A DNA stretch of 64,000 nucleotides from Chara braunii (GCA_003427395.1 BFEA01000032.1:4907489-4971488); one strand, 5' to 3'. Shown: positions 40,342-52,194, numbered from the stretch's first letter. A program made the numbers and translations. The notes: generated by a model from the sequence alone, not told the origin.

Positions 40342-40906
40342 CTGAGCCATTCTATAAGTTTAGGTGGCTCAGCCTCTTCCTGCTTTTACTTAGAGGAAAT
40401 GAACTTGACAGAGGGTAGATCATTCTATAAGTTTAGGTGGTCTAGCCCAATGCCACGCACATATTGGGTCAGAGAGAAACGAATCAGGTAGAGAGTCAGA
40501 CTGTTCTGTAAGTTCAGGTGGTCTGACTCAAAGCCTTGCACATGCTGGAACCCAAAGGTTATAACTTGACTATATTTTATTACTATCTTATTTAAGAACA
40601 GGCTAGTCGGACTATTCTATAAGTTTAGGTAGTCTGACTATAGCTTATCACAACCTGAAGAGAGTATTAATTAAGAGTAAATTGATGGTAAGATGGGGCA
40701 AACTGAATTTGAGTTTGGTTCAGTCATATGCAGCCTGAAAAGACTAAGTGCAGACAATTATATATAACTTGGATATTTTAAACAGTTCAGGGCGACTATA
40801 ATGGTCTAGTCATATGCCCAAAGAATAAAGAAGTAGTTGTGCCCTTTGTTTTGTGTATACTTATCGGCTAAGTTAGACACATTCCATAAGTTTGGGTGGT
40901 CTGACC
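40342..40906 (+). repeat. Array of UAAGUU-loop RNA hairpins (5 intact, 2 decayed)
   Basis: Loops at 40355, 40428, 40509, 40620 and 40887 are closed by CTA/TAG, CTG/CAG or CCA/TGG, with covarying outer stems. Confidence 0.85.
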
Positions 40907-41214
40907 TTATGTCTTATGTAAGCAGGGTATAAAGGGTTAAATCCTTGAAAGATCATGAACTATTGTTGTCTAGATAAACTTGGGATGGTGAGAGTACTTA
41001 CCTTTGTGGTTTGACCTGCATGTGGCCGAGTGAGGTTACTACTTGGTCCGAGTTTCAGTTTGATAGGTAGTTGCTTTAGTCGCTCGGCACGTGCTAGAGC
41101 TGTAAGAGTTAGTTTCAATTCCTGCATTTTCCGAGCTAAGTTTTTTTTACTTAGATCAATTATCGCATTTTCTGGGATCATTTTTTTTTATTTGGCTTTG
41201 TATAAATCTTGACA

Positions 41215-41760
41215 AGTTACTTTCTCTACGGTAAGCGCTGCCGAAATTTCTACAAATCCAAGAGGTAGTCAATTGTTGACTTGTCAAAGTTCAACTTGTA
41301 TTTTTTTTATATATGACCCAGTAAAAATCTGGAAAGTTTCCTTTTCTAAAGAGAGTGCTGCCCAAATTTTTGCTAATTCAGGGAGTTAGACAAAATTGGA
41401 CTTTGAGAAGTCAAAGTTACTTTCAAATTCTGGACTTAGCCTTGTATAAATTTTGGAATAACACTTTTCTAGAGGGAGTGTTGCCGAAATTTCTGCAAAA
41501 GCTAAGGAGTTAGTTAAATCATGTCTAAGTTGAACCCAAGTTATCTTTTTAGTTCCTATCTGACTTAGTATAAATCTGGGAAGTCTCTCTTTCTAAAGGG
41601 AGTGCTGCCCAAATTTCTACTAATTCAGGGAGTTAGACAAAATTTGACTTTCCAAAGTTAAAGATTATTTATGCTTTCATATGTGGACTTATATAAATTA
41701 TGGAAAGATACTTTTCCTACGGGAAGCGCTGCCGAAATTTTCTTAGTTTGAAGGAGATAT
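41215..41760 (+). repeat. ~120-bp tandem subrepeat in the LTR
   Basis: TTTCTA.AGGGAGTGCTGCC.AAATTT...GGAGTTAG occurs about 5 times. Homologues lie at 63555-63965 and, inverted, at 56450-56600. Confidence 0.85.
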
Positions 41761-43030
41761 ATTATATTTTGATAGGTGATGATTCTGGTAATCCACTCTG
41801 AATAGGGAAGATTTTGCCATGAGTCTACCTTTCTTTGGGCACTTGCTTAGAGGTAGGCTTATATATAGTTAACTAGGATGATTTGGGTAAGGTCATGATA
41901 TGGAGATTGTTCTCCATGAACTTATAGGTTTAGCCTGGGGCATTTACCTGTCATGTGTTACAGGTCCTCTTGATCGTTTGATTCAAAATCCGGACTAGAT
42001 TCAACTTGATCCCTTGAGGGTCATCCTCTGTTATCACTGATAACAGGTCGGTTGCCGATTCGTTGGTTTGCGATTCAACTCCAATCCACTCTTGCCACTC
42101 AACCTAAATGCTTTAGCCCTGTGGTTTGAATTGTTTCATTGTGTTTTCACCCAGACTTTATTTTGAATGACCATTTAAGGAAAAAAAACTGAGTATTTTA
42201 CTTTGAGGAGTTGCACAAGAGTGAGGCTTGTGTGGCTAAAGGCAAGGGGTGTGAGTGCAGAGAATGGTTGAAGTTGACCCCGTATAATGCATGGACTTTC
42301 TGGATGAATCTTTGATGTGATTGCAGATATGCTTGGTGATTCGGACTTGGGATTTGACTGTCTGCGCTCACATACATATATATATGGCTGAGAGGAGTCT
42401 CACTGTGACTGTGAGAAGTGATCGTCCTATATTAATAACCCTCTATATATATGTGTATGTATATGTCTTGAGTGTTTCGTGCGGCTTATTGTGACCGCGC
42501 GTAAGAGTTAAACATATTATGTGTTTGAGAGAAAAGGGAGATCCCCTTTTATCTTGTGTTTTTTAAAGATTTTTATACTCGGACGTTTGTCCTGAGCCGA
42601 GATTCAAGGTCCTTATCCAGGACATCCCAAACCCTAGACTCTGCAGGGAAGAAATCTGTCCCCGTGCAGAGCCTACTTGCCTTGCGTACCGAGACGCTCA
42701 GACCAAAGGTGGGAGGTCTCGCGGCGGCTGCACGACTATTCCTTCAGCCGTGCAATATCGTGAGGGATCAGACCATCACGATACTTCGAGTCTGACACTT
42801 GAGAGCCATAAGTGGTACTCGGATCCACGAGGGACCGCTTGATTACGGGCACTACATAGTACGCCATCATTGCGACTGCTTACGTACGCTTGCATTACGA
42901 GTCGGTATGAGTTAGTCCTGCGTCCGCGCGGTTGTATACTAATTCTCGCGCGCGACGCCTATTCGATTCCCGCATCGGAAAGTTATGGGATGACTACCAA
43001 AGAGACTGGGAATGTCGTCGCGTTGTTTGA

Positions 43031-43064
<34 letters not shown>

Positions 43065-43534
43065 TTTTTTGCGTTCGTAGAGTGGTGTGCACGTGGTGTG
43101 TGGGATGCGTCCTAGTCGACCGACGACGAGTCGCACTTGGGACCGCACCCCCCCAAGATGGCGGTCTGCGTGCGGGTCCGATAGAGGCGTACTACCGCAT
43201 GTACCCCCTATGCTACAGCGAACGAGAAACACCCTCGGCTGGTGCACCTCTGCGATTGCAGCTGATTAGCTTTCGTAATGTGGACTGGTAGCTCGACGGG
43301 GATACGCCCACCGAAGGGAGGTGACAACTCCCATAAGGTGGAGGTAAGGCGTGCCTCGCGTAGGCCCTGTCCTGTCGTAGGGGCTCGTGAGAGGTATGGC
43401 TGGCGCACTCGGCTGGAGCGGCTTGCGGAAGCTCCATGTATATTCGCGATGAGAATTATATCCAACTCCTGCGTGACGCGGCCGGGAGGGTCCCGCGCTG
43501 CCCTATGAGGTGCCGGACCAATGCGCTCGACAGG

Positions 43535-43552
43535 TGGCGCCGTTGCCGGGGA
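43535..43552 (+). promoter_or_regulatory. Primer-binding site for tRNA-Asp(GUC) (Athila-type)
   Basis: TGGCGCCGTTGCCGGGGA is complementary to the plant tRNA-Asp 3' end TCCCCGGCAACGGCGCCA, 2 nt after the LTR-terminal CA. Confidence 0.92.
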
Positions 43553-44981
43553 TAGCGGTTGCCTGCCGTTGTCCCTGGTGGAACGACATCCGGGTATGAA
43601 AAAATAAAAACTAGGCTAAATGAGAAACTTTCTTTAGACATATATGGTCGATTGCTTAATACCTTGACTATCATTGGAGATGTCTGAAGACTGTGACCTA
43701 AATATGAGGTGGTTATTATAAGAGGTCAAGCTGAGTCACCCTCCCCTGGTCGATAAAGCCTTGGTTTTGAGGGGGCTTCTGATATGTGAGCGACATGGAT
43801 GAGGGAGTGACTGATAAGTGCGAAGTGAGGGATTTGATGACAAAACTCTTTCCTTGAATTCATATTGAATTATGGTATGATAGGTACTGTCTGCCTAAAT
43901 CCTTTAACAACATCAGTTGGCGGTGAGTTGAGTTACCTAGCAGATTGTCTAGATGTAACGACCGATAAAAGTTTGAGACGTAGTGACTATTTAGCTAGTG
44001 ATTTGGCTAACCTAAAGAGAGACATACATTTTAAGTATACATAAAATATATGTATATATATTTGTTTTTTTGATAATTTTTATCTGGTTGGTGCCATATA
44101 TGCGTTTTTGTGTATTTTGTTTGAGGTCTGATTGATGACGTATGTATGAATTGTCTTTTGAAGAGGACATAGCCTTTGCACGAAACCCACATCTGGCATG
44201 GGACCAGAGGTGAATGGGGGTGACTCATTCCTGGGGAATGTGGTTCTTCCCAAGGAGAGTTAGTCAGCATATATAATTTGTCCTCAGTGAAAGTGCATTC
44301 TTGAATTGTTATCCCCTCGCTGAGACTTAAGGAAGCATTTATTAGTCTCAAGGATGATAGTGAGACGCACGCCGGAATTATGTTCCTGGTCCATGAGTGG
44401 GGTATTATTGCTTTTCCTATGATAGGAGAGTATTTACACTATTTGTTGAGAAAAAAAGGAGTTTGTTATCTTACCGAAACTGTGATGGCCAAGTGGAACA
44501 GCTACTGCTTAGTGAGAGCGGTTCTGGAGTAGCGACCTAGGCTCGTCTCGCATTGAGCAGGGCCACCATATTTGTAAAGGAGCGAATTCACTATTCGTTG
44601 CCTTAATAGGTATGAATGGGGTTGTCCACCTGACGATGATTAGGTTCGGTGAGGTGCAGACGCCGGAATCAGAGGGGATTGCGGTGAGGCTTGATTTTTA
44701 GAGCGGGGCTCAAGAGTCAAGATGTTGTCTCATGAGGATTACACCGTCTCTCAGTACTTTATGCTTCGCTTAAGAGCTGAAGGGGTAACTATTGTACTCG
44801 TTCAACAGAAAAATTGTCGCCGAAATTCAACAAAATTTTTTTTTGATGTCTAACTTATTCACACCAGAAAGGGTGTGACCAACTGTTGAAACTGGGTCTT
44901 CTGCTGTGTTCAACTACTCATCAACATTATCAACTTATTCCCAACGAGTTCAACATGGTTTCCAACGAGTCCAACATGGTT

Positions 44982-44987
<6 letters not shown>

Positions 44988-45041
<54 letters not shown>

Positions 45042-45205
45042 GCAGTGCAATATGAACAACAAACACACAAAGAACCCCACATTTCAACACAGTTGGGAAG
45101 TGGGTGCCACTTACGCCAGAATACGGCTACAACGTCTTCGTATATGGCTCCCACTTCCCAACCAGATCGTCACAAGTGTAAGTTATGTGATACGGTAACA
45201 ACAAT

Positions 45206-45255
<50 letters not shown>

Positions 45256-45381
45256 NNNNNNNNNNNNNNNNNNNNNNNNNNNNNNNNNNNNNNNNNNNNN
45301 NNNNNNNNNNNNNNNNNNNNNNNNNNNNNNNNNNNNNNNNNNNNNNNNNNNNNNNNNNNNNNNNNNNNNNNNNNNNNNNNN

Positions 45382-45453
<72 letters not shown>
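44988..45453. repeat. (AG)n microsatellites flanking an assembly gap (N 45256-45381)
   Basis: Read directly from the sequence. Confidence 0.95.
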
Positions 45454-45458
<5 letters not shown>

Positions 45459-45670
45459 GGGTTTTTGCAGTGGTATATGAAAAACACACACACAAGGAAC
45501 CCCAAATCATTTAGGGGCATTTTGGCATATATCTCAACTTATGGGGGTATTTCCTCGGCTACCAGAGTAAAAAAAAAAACTGTGAGAGCGTGGCCTATTG
45601 ACCCTCAAGCGTTTCAAGCATATTTGCGGCGCATCGAGGTGCGCTACACCCTGCACGTGTGTCGCACCGC

Positions 45671-46567
45671 TGTCGGAGCTGATACCCTTACAAGGGTATC
45701 CGCTCATGATATTGCAGTTGACATAATGTCGACGCCAACTGTTAGAACGGAAACTGCTAAAAATAGGAACTGGGGCAAGCCCCTCGACCATTATGGTCAT
45801 AAGAGTGTAGGAACCGCAAGGGCCAAAACACGGCACGCACGGATAAGAGTCAGGGGTTAAAAATTTTCGAGTGCTTGTCTGCGTCATCGCAACGTATGCA
45901 AAGACGACGGAGGTTAGTGGATTAAAAATTTGAATGACCGCGCGCGCCATTTCGACAGGCGTAAAGAGTACAAAGTGGTCAATAAATAAAACCTCCGACC
46001 ACGAGGTCGGAAGGTTAATCAAAACGGAAAAGAGTCACGGGGGGCGCGGAAACGGTTTTTCTCAGTCAGTTGATGACTGAGGAAGTATGACTGTTTCGGC
46101 TCAAGCCCGCACACGTCGAGTGTGTCGGAAAAGAGAGGCGGAAAACCACTCCCCGCAGGATAGAATATAAGTAGAAATCAGTAAAGGCCCCGACCATGTG
46201 TCCGGGGCGACTAGACAAAAGGGGCCTAACCTGCTGTAACAGGCTGCGATGGCCAACAGTGGCCTGGGTTTCCCCTAAGGTAGGACGCAAGCCTTATGAA
46301 CTGACTAGACTGAACCCTGTACTTTACTTAGGGCAGATTGACTCTTAGTAAAATCGAACTAGGAACTAGCCCAGTAGGTATAGGCACAGACTGATACGCA
46401 GAGGATCTTGGGATCGAGTCCGACCTGTCTCCGAGCTAGCTCCTTTTGCTAGCTATAGGGGGCAGGGCCTACCTTTTCCACCCGCCCACAGATGGGCGGG
46501 ATTCGAACCCGCGCCCTCCGTGTCGAGGGTTAGTTAGAGGTTGGTGGAGCCTACACCTCGGACCCGA
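45671..46567 (+). mobile_element. 5' part of an LTR of the same family (copy C), interrupted by copy D
   Basis: TGTCG plus the family terminal hairpin GATACCCTT-AC-AAGGGTATC. 45830-45990 resembles 26650-26855. Confidence 0.7.
46481..46520 (-). pseudogene. tRNA-Leu-like variable/T-arm fragment with a perfect B box
   Basis: Minus strand GGAGGGCGCGGGTTCGAATCCCGC resembles tRNA-Leu GAGGGCGTGGGTTCRAATCCCAC. It overlaps a CCCGCCCA/TGGGCGGG hairpin. Confidence 0.6.
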
Positions 46568-47529
46568 TGTCGGTGCGAATACCCTTATGAGGGTATTCAC
46601 CCTGGTTTTTGCAAGCAACAGAAAATAGTTTTGGCTTAGAGCTTAAGTATACCGTGCTAGGCGTTACGTTGACTGGATTATCGATTAGAGTAAAGAGTGC
46701 GTGGCCGCGCAGGTTTAAGGCGCGCGTGATTCATCCCCTGATATCGTTTACGAAACCGGCGCGGACGCCAGTCTCTTTATTTTTATTTTTATCTCTAAGT
46801 CTTTATTTTTGGTTACTCTTGATTAAACTAGGATCTAGGGGATATTTTCTTTCGATGGCTACGTTTATCCGGGTCGAGCGCGCGTGCGGAGAACGCCCCC
46901 GACGACGACGTTGACAATGACAGCGCGACTTCGTGCGACGAGCGGGGTGTCGCAGGATGGCGCGCGGGGTGATTATGGCACGGTATAAGCAAGCCGTCGC
47001 GGGGCACTGGAAAGCCGTGCAGCCGGTTTGTGGACCCAAAGCGCCGAGCCGAACTGCCTTGTATGGTGCTTTGCGGGTGCTGGTCTCAGGCTTGGATTTA
47101 GCCCTATAGGTTACGATAACGGACAATTACTATGAAGGTTCGGGGATCGAGGCCAGCGGGCGTCGGCCCAACAACTGTAGCGGAGCGGCGTGAAAAGGGC
47201 CGAGGGGTCGAGGGCCCGACGAGGGCTATCCCCCTCCGCTTTTTGTTTGCGGGCGCGGAGGAGGAGGAGAAGGGCCGATCCGTAGGGCTGCCCGTTGAAA
47301 TTCCCCGTTTTAGAGTTATTGAGTTTGCTTTTGTTTAATCTCCTTTTTATTCTTGTTTTACTCGCGTCCCGTTCTGGGACGCGATATCGGGCCTGATATG
47401 GGGTCACGGGAGGTGAGTTGTATTCGCGGGGTTGTCGAAAGTGCAATTACAAACTGTTTTCGTGACCGCGCTGGAGCCGCACCCTGCTTTGTCATGGGAC
47501 GAGGCACAGTGGGGGCGCGGCTGGCGCCC

Positions 47530-47603
47530 AGGAGCCTAGCTCAATAGGGGCACCCTTGGGCTGCTGAGTCGTGGATCCGGGTTTGGACCAGAAAATGGAG
47601 CCT
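47530..47603 (+). pseudogene. Degenerate tRNA-like element in the LTR
   Basis: TAGCTCAATAGG (A box), an anticodon-arm-like GGGCTGCTGAG and GGTTTGGACC (decayed B box). It resembles the units at 35962-36210. Confidence 0.45.
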
Positions 47604-47703
47604 GTTGAGAAGGTTAAGTAGTTCAAGGTTGCCTGGGGCCAAGCGGACCCCGAGGGCGGCCGCATGGTCTTTGGTAATGCCATGATGGGGCGGCCGCGGT
47701 CAA

Positions 47704-47792
47704 GTTCTTCGGGACATCCGTTAAAATTGGAACGATATAGAGAAGATTAGCATGGCCCCTGCGCAAGGAATAATGCGTATAAAACGGGGAGA
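47704..47792 (+). ncRNA. U6: U6 snRNA-derived copy embedded in the LTR (variant or pseudogene)
   Basis: GTTCTTCGGGACATCCGTTAAAATTGGAACGATATAGAGAAGATTAGCATGGCCCCTGCGCAAGGA matches the plant U6 core. ACAGAGA has become ATAGAGA (47738), the 3' end is divergent, and no USE/TATA lies upstream. Confidence 0.92.
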
Positions 47793-50700
47793 GGAACGAG
47801 AATTTCGGGTTTTCGTTTTGGGGATTGGTTTCACTCTCTCGCTGCAACACTCTTTGCTACGAGGGCGGATCGCTATTTCGCTATTTGGCAGCTGCACTAT
47901 GAGGCGGAGGCTGGCGAACGGGAAGTACGAGGCAGCGGGGGAGGGAATAAATGTGGACGCAGTCTCGTGCAAGGGACACTCCTAGTAGAAAAAGGGAGGC
48001 GCCGGGGCAACGGAAGCTGCGAGCGCCGGTGGTGCTGATCGGAGCAGGGCGCCGGGGAACGAAGGTGCGAGGGAGCCAGCGAACCCGGCACGCTGCCGGG
48101 GCCAGGTGCATTCGGAGGTAGAATAAGCGGAGCTGCAATGATGCGCAGCGTGGCGGACTGACGGGCGCTATGGGAGCGTGGAGTTGAGGTAGCGACGGCG
48201 GGTGCTGGGGACATGGAGCGCATCGAAGAGCTGCGGGGGGGGGGGATGGACGTTGAATCAGCAGTCAGGCAGAAGGGATAAACCTGGTTGGACTAGTGCG
48301 CCAGGTGCATGCAAGGGAAAGTGGAGATGGCGGAGGCGAAGTGAAGGCAGGGCGCAGTCAAGGAGGAGTGGCGTAACCGATTTGCGGTGGAATCGAGTTA
48401 GGGGATACAACTGGCGTTAGTACGGAGGCGACAAGGGGAGAAAGAAATAGGAATGAACCCGGACGTGGGGTGCGCCGGGTGCATTCGGAGCGAAGAGGAG
48501 GTATGGCGGGGTGGATAACTCACAACTCGCCCGTTTCTTAGCCAAATCGGGCGAGCGAAGAGTTGATTTCGGGGGTTTAAAGGTGGGCGACCCCGACTGT
48601 AGTGTTAGTTTTAGGATTAGATTAGTAGATTGTGAGTTAGTGAGAAAGTCAGTGAGGGGAGCTATGGCGGAGAGATTAGGGGGTGGGATGACGACCGGAA
48701 AACGCCCGTTTCTCTACGATAGCGAGTGTCTACGGGGTCGAAACTGGCAGTCGAGTATGGGGTTAGATAAGAGAAATAGTTAGCAGGAGGAGAGTTAGAG
48801 GAGGGATGGACTGCGAGGGGTGAGGAGGAGAGGAGATTCGAATGAACCCAGATGGGTTTCCGCGTTAGGTACATGCAAAGGAGGGAGGGAAAAAAATATT
48901 GATCCCACCCATTTCCTGATGAAAACGGGTGGGAGAAAGGTCGACTCCAATGTTTTTCGGCAGGGCGGATTTGAAGTCGGTTCAGTCAAGGAGTTAGCAG
49001 TTAGTGAGCTAGAAAAAGAAAGGTTATGCGTGAGGTGATGGACATGGCCCTTTCGGGCCGAAAAGGTCGCCCGTATACATCCATTATTATTATTATTATT
49101 ATTATCCATTGTCATTGTTATATTATATTTATTATTATTATTATTATTATTTTTTATATTTATTTATTTATCTATTTATTTATTTATTTATTTATTTTTA
49201 CCCTACCATCACGATCGGTGGTTCCTCCGTATGAGCTGCTGTTCAGAAAGTACGAACATGACGTGATCGCAACAAGCTGGGGAGAAGAAGAAGAAGAAGA
49301 AGAAAAGGGGAGAAGAAGGGGAAAGGAAAGGAGGCGAATGGTGGTTCTTGGGTGTATGAGACATCTGTGAGTGGGGGATCGAGGTTGTGAGTGGTACGAG
49401 AGACATACCTGGTGCTGAAGGCGTGCAACATTGATCGCCATGTGCTCGTACTTCGGGAATGCTTTTGACCTCATCTTTCGACTTCATAGTATAGGCTAGA
49501 TAGGATCTGTCACATGTAGTCCTCCTAGTGAATCACATCTTCCTAGTGGATCATACCTAGTGGAAGTCCCCCGCGCGACTTCCCCTCCCCGCTTCGCACT
49601 CCTTCCCCCCCTCCCCCCACGCCCGTGCCATACCCCCCGCACATTTCTTTCCCCACCTACTTCGCGCTCCCTCTCCTACCCTCGCGACACATGGCACAAT
49701 AGGACAAGGCTTACAAATCATCGAACATCATAGAACTTGCCCGTTTTGTTTTTTTTTTCGTTTTAAAATTAATTCTTTTCGATTTTTTTTTTTTTTCGCA
49801 GTTTGTTTTCTTTTTCATAGTCAGCAATTATTATTCTCTTTTCCTTGTCATTTATCTTTCAAAAATTAATTTCGCAATTAATCAATTTAACCATTTTCAA
49901 ATACTTTTGAATCTTGATTTTTTTTCCGAATATTTTGCATTTCGAAATGAATTTCTTCGGAAATACCCTAAAATTTCATTTACTCCACCCAAAAATTGCA
50001 TTTCCGTTTTTGAAATTCCAAAAAGTTTTTCTTGCAAATATTTTAATTACTTAAATAATTAAACTCCGAAAAAGAACCAAATCAACATTTAAATCCAAAT
50101 TCAACTTTCTTTTCGTTTTAAAAATTCTCGAATTTCTTTTTCAAATTTCGTTGTATTTTTCTCGAATTTAACCTTTTTTTTTTCCAACATTTCTTTTATT
50201 TTTTCAAAGTAATTTAAAAATCCCGATTTAAATTATTTTCATAATTATCAATTAAATTCGTTAAAAGTTCAAAATAACCCCCCAAAGTATAGCATTTGTT
50301 TTTTTTTTCCATTTATTCCAATTTTAAAATTTCCGCATTTTGTCACAAAAAATAGCCCGAAATTTTTTATTGTCATTTAAAATTTCTTCCTCCCGAAATT
50401 TTTAATTGTCATTTACTAATTTTTTCCCTTCCTCCCGCCAACCTCTCCCAAAGTTCCAATATTTTTCCTCTTCTTCTATCTTCTCCCCATTCCCCCATCC
50501 CTCCTCTCCCATCACACCCAATTGGTCACATCATCTAAAATTTCTAATGCGTGTGACACGTATATCCTCTTTTTGTGTTTGTTTGACAATGCCGTTCATC
50601 GTGCTGTGTGAAACACCAACCTAATTCGGTGGGATCAATCTTCGTTCTGTCTTCTTCCAACGCCGCAAACGGAATAAATTTCGGCCATTTTGTTCAAAAG

Positions 50701-51326
50701 GTACGTGAAATTCTTTATTTACATCAAATTCTTTCATAACTTAGTTTAAAATTTGACTTTATTTCAGAGATTCGTAAAATAAAATTTAAAATTTACTACA
50801 TTTAATCCTTCTGACGTCCACTTTACTTCTACTTTATATCCCTCGTAAAATTCCAAAATTCTAAAATTTCGCAATTCGTTTTGAAATTCTTTTGAAAATT
50901 ATTTGAATTTTTTTTTAATTTTACAACATGTCGATACAATTTATTAATTCATCTAAATAAATTTGAAATTCCTCCCAATTCAATTTACTTGACTGTCATT
51001 CAATTCTTTCTGCCATTTCATCGTAAATTTTTCAATTACGAATGAGTCTTCTATTTTTATTTCAAATCACCTTTGAAATTATCTTAATTCCAAAAATACG
51101 TTAAGGAATTGTTCATTTTAATTCAAAATCCTCCTCTGTACTCATCTCTGCATGTTTTATCATCTCCTCGAACTTTCGGTAATTTTGACGAATATTTTTG
51201 AAATTCCTTGAATTTTGCTTCAATTTTCTTTCAATTCCGAATTTACGTCCAAATAATTTCGAAACTTTATTTTGACTTTGTGATTGTTTTATGCATGCTT
51301 TCCTTTATACCCCGCGTCTGACTCGA

Positions 51327-52029
51327 TGGAGATTCCCACCCCTGCGGCCGCCAGTTCGGGCCCCACCACGCAGTCAGACCCTGTACTGGCCATCCTCCAG
51401 CACATACGGGCCACATTCGAGGCCAAATTTACGGCCATGCAAACCAACTTCGATACTTTGTCGGACCGACTGTTTGGCACTTGAGACACTGGTTTTGGGT
51501 AGAGAGAGGTCTCCCGCTCGTACGTGGCACGCAGTCGGATTCCAATACCACCGCACGAAACGATATTCCTAGCCAAATGAATAAAGACAAGACATGGAGA
51601 AGGAAGGGCGACGAGCCATGGGGAGCAGAACATTTTAAGAGGGCACCCACAAAAGTCTTTCAAATAAAAAGGGATGACGGAAAGCTTGGCGTGACCTTGC
51701 AGCAACTAGCGTTTACAGAACTCGTGCTTCGCACACAAATAGAACAGACAAAGAAGTCAAGCAAGGCGTCGAATCAGTTGCTGAAAATGACCGCTATTAA
51801 GAACGACATAATCAATAAAGCACGGAACCGAGACAGAGTTATGAGTTTCTGCATTTTCAAGCTTGACCGCGACACACGTATGGCAGATGTGGCAACGCAG
51901 TACTACAATGCAGGCAATAGAAAGACAGAGAACAGTGCAGTCGACGACAAGGGCAACACAGTACATGACTTTGAATTCGAAGTCTTAGCCCCGCAGACGC
52001 AACCACAAACTTCATGCGCAGGACCTTGA
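51327..52029 (+). pseudogene. Frameshifted ORF of unknown function, possibly a transposon ORF1/gag-like gene
   Basis: MEIPTPAAASSG...LQHIRATFEAKFTAMQTNFDTLSDRL continues in another frame for about 180 aa of protein-like sequence. It follows an AT-rich intron-like tract that starts AG|GTACGT at 50701. Confidence 0.4.
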
Positions 52030-52131
52030 AATTTTTTTGTTGACTGACACTTTTGTTATTCTGACGGATGGGACATGACTCAAGATCTGGTGGAATTGCA
52101 TGCCTGCAACTCGTATCACAACAACACGTCT

Positions 52132-52194
<63 letters not shown>

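Larger units (their letters stand above)
34943..43532 (+). mobile_element. Complete ~8.6-kb 5' LTR of an Athila-like Ty3/gypsy element (copy B)
   Basis: Begins TGTCG and ends TCGACA, followed by GG and a tRNA-Asp PBS. It is colinear block-by-block with 58178-64000 and, inverted, with 54965-58177. Confidence 0.85.
46568..49080 (+). mobile_element. 3'-truncated LTR of the same family (copy D)
   Basis: TGTCG plus the terminal hairpin. 46568-47250 aligns with 58178-58800, and the 48430-49000 subrepeats match 59700-60480 and 37050-37340. Confidence 0.85.

Noticed and set aside
44886-45860. 324-aa ORF and similar SLSL/ERER/XXX ORFs
   Set aside because: These are artefacts of microsatellites and N-gaps.
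45671-46567. 3' LTR partner of copy B
   Set aside because: It is not preceded by a PPT and is too divergent from the start of copy B.
47704-47792. Canonical functional U6 gene
   Set aside because: No USE/TATA upstream, a mutated ACAGAGA box, a divergent 3' end and a location inside an LTR.
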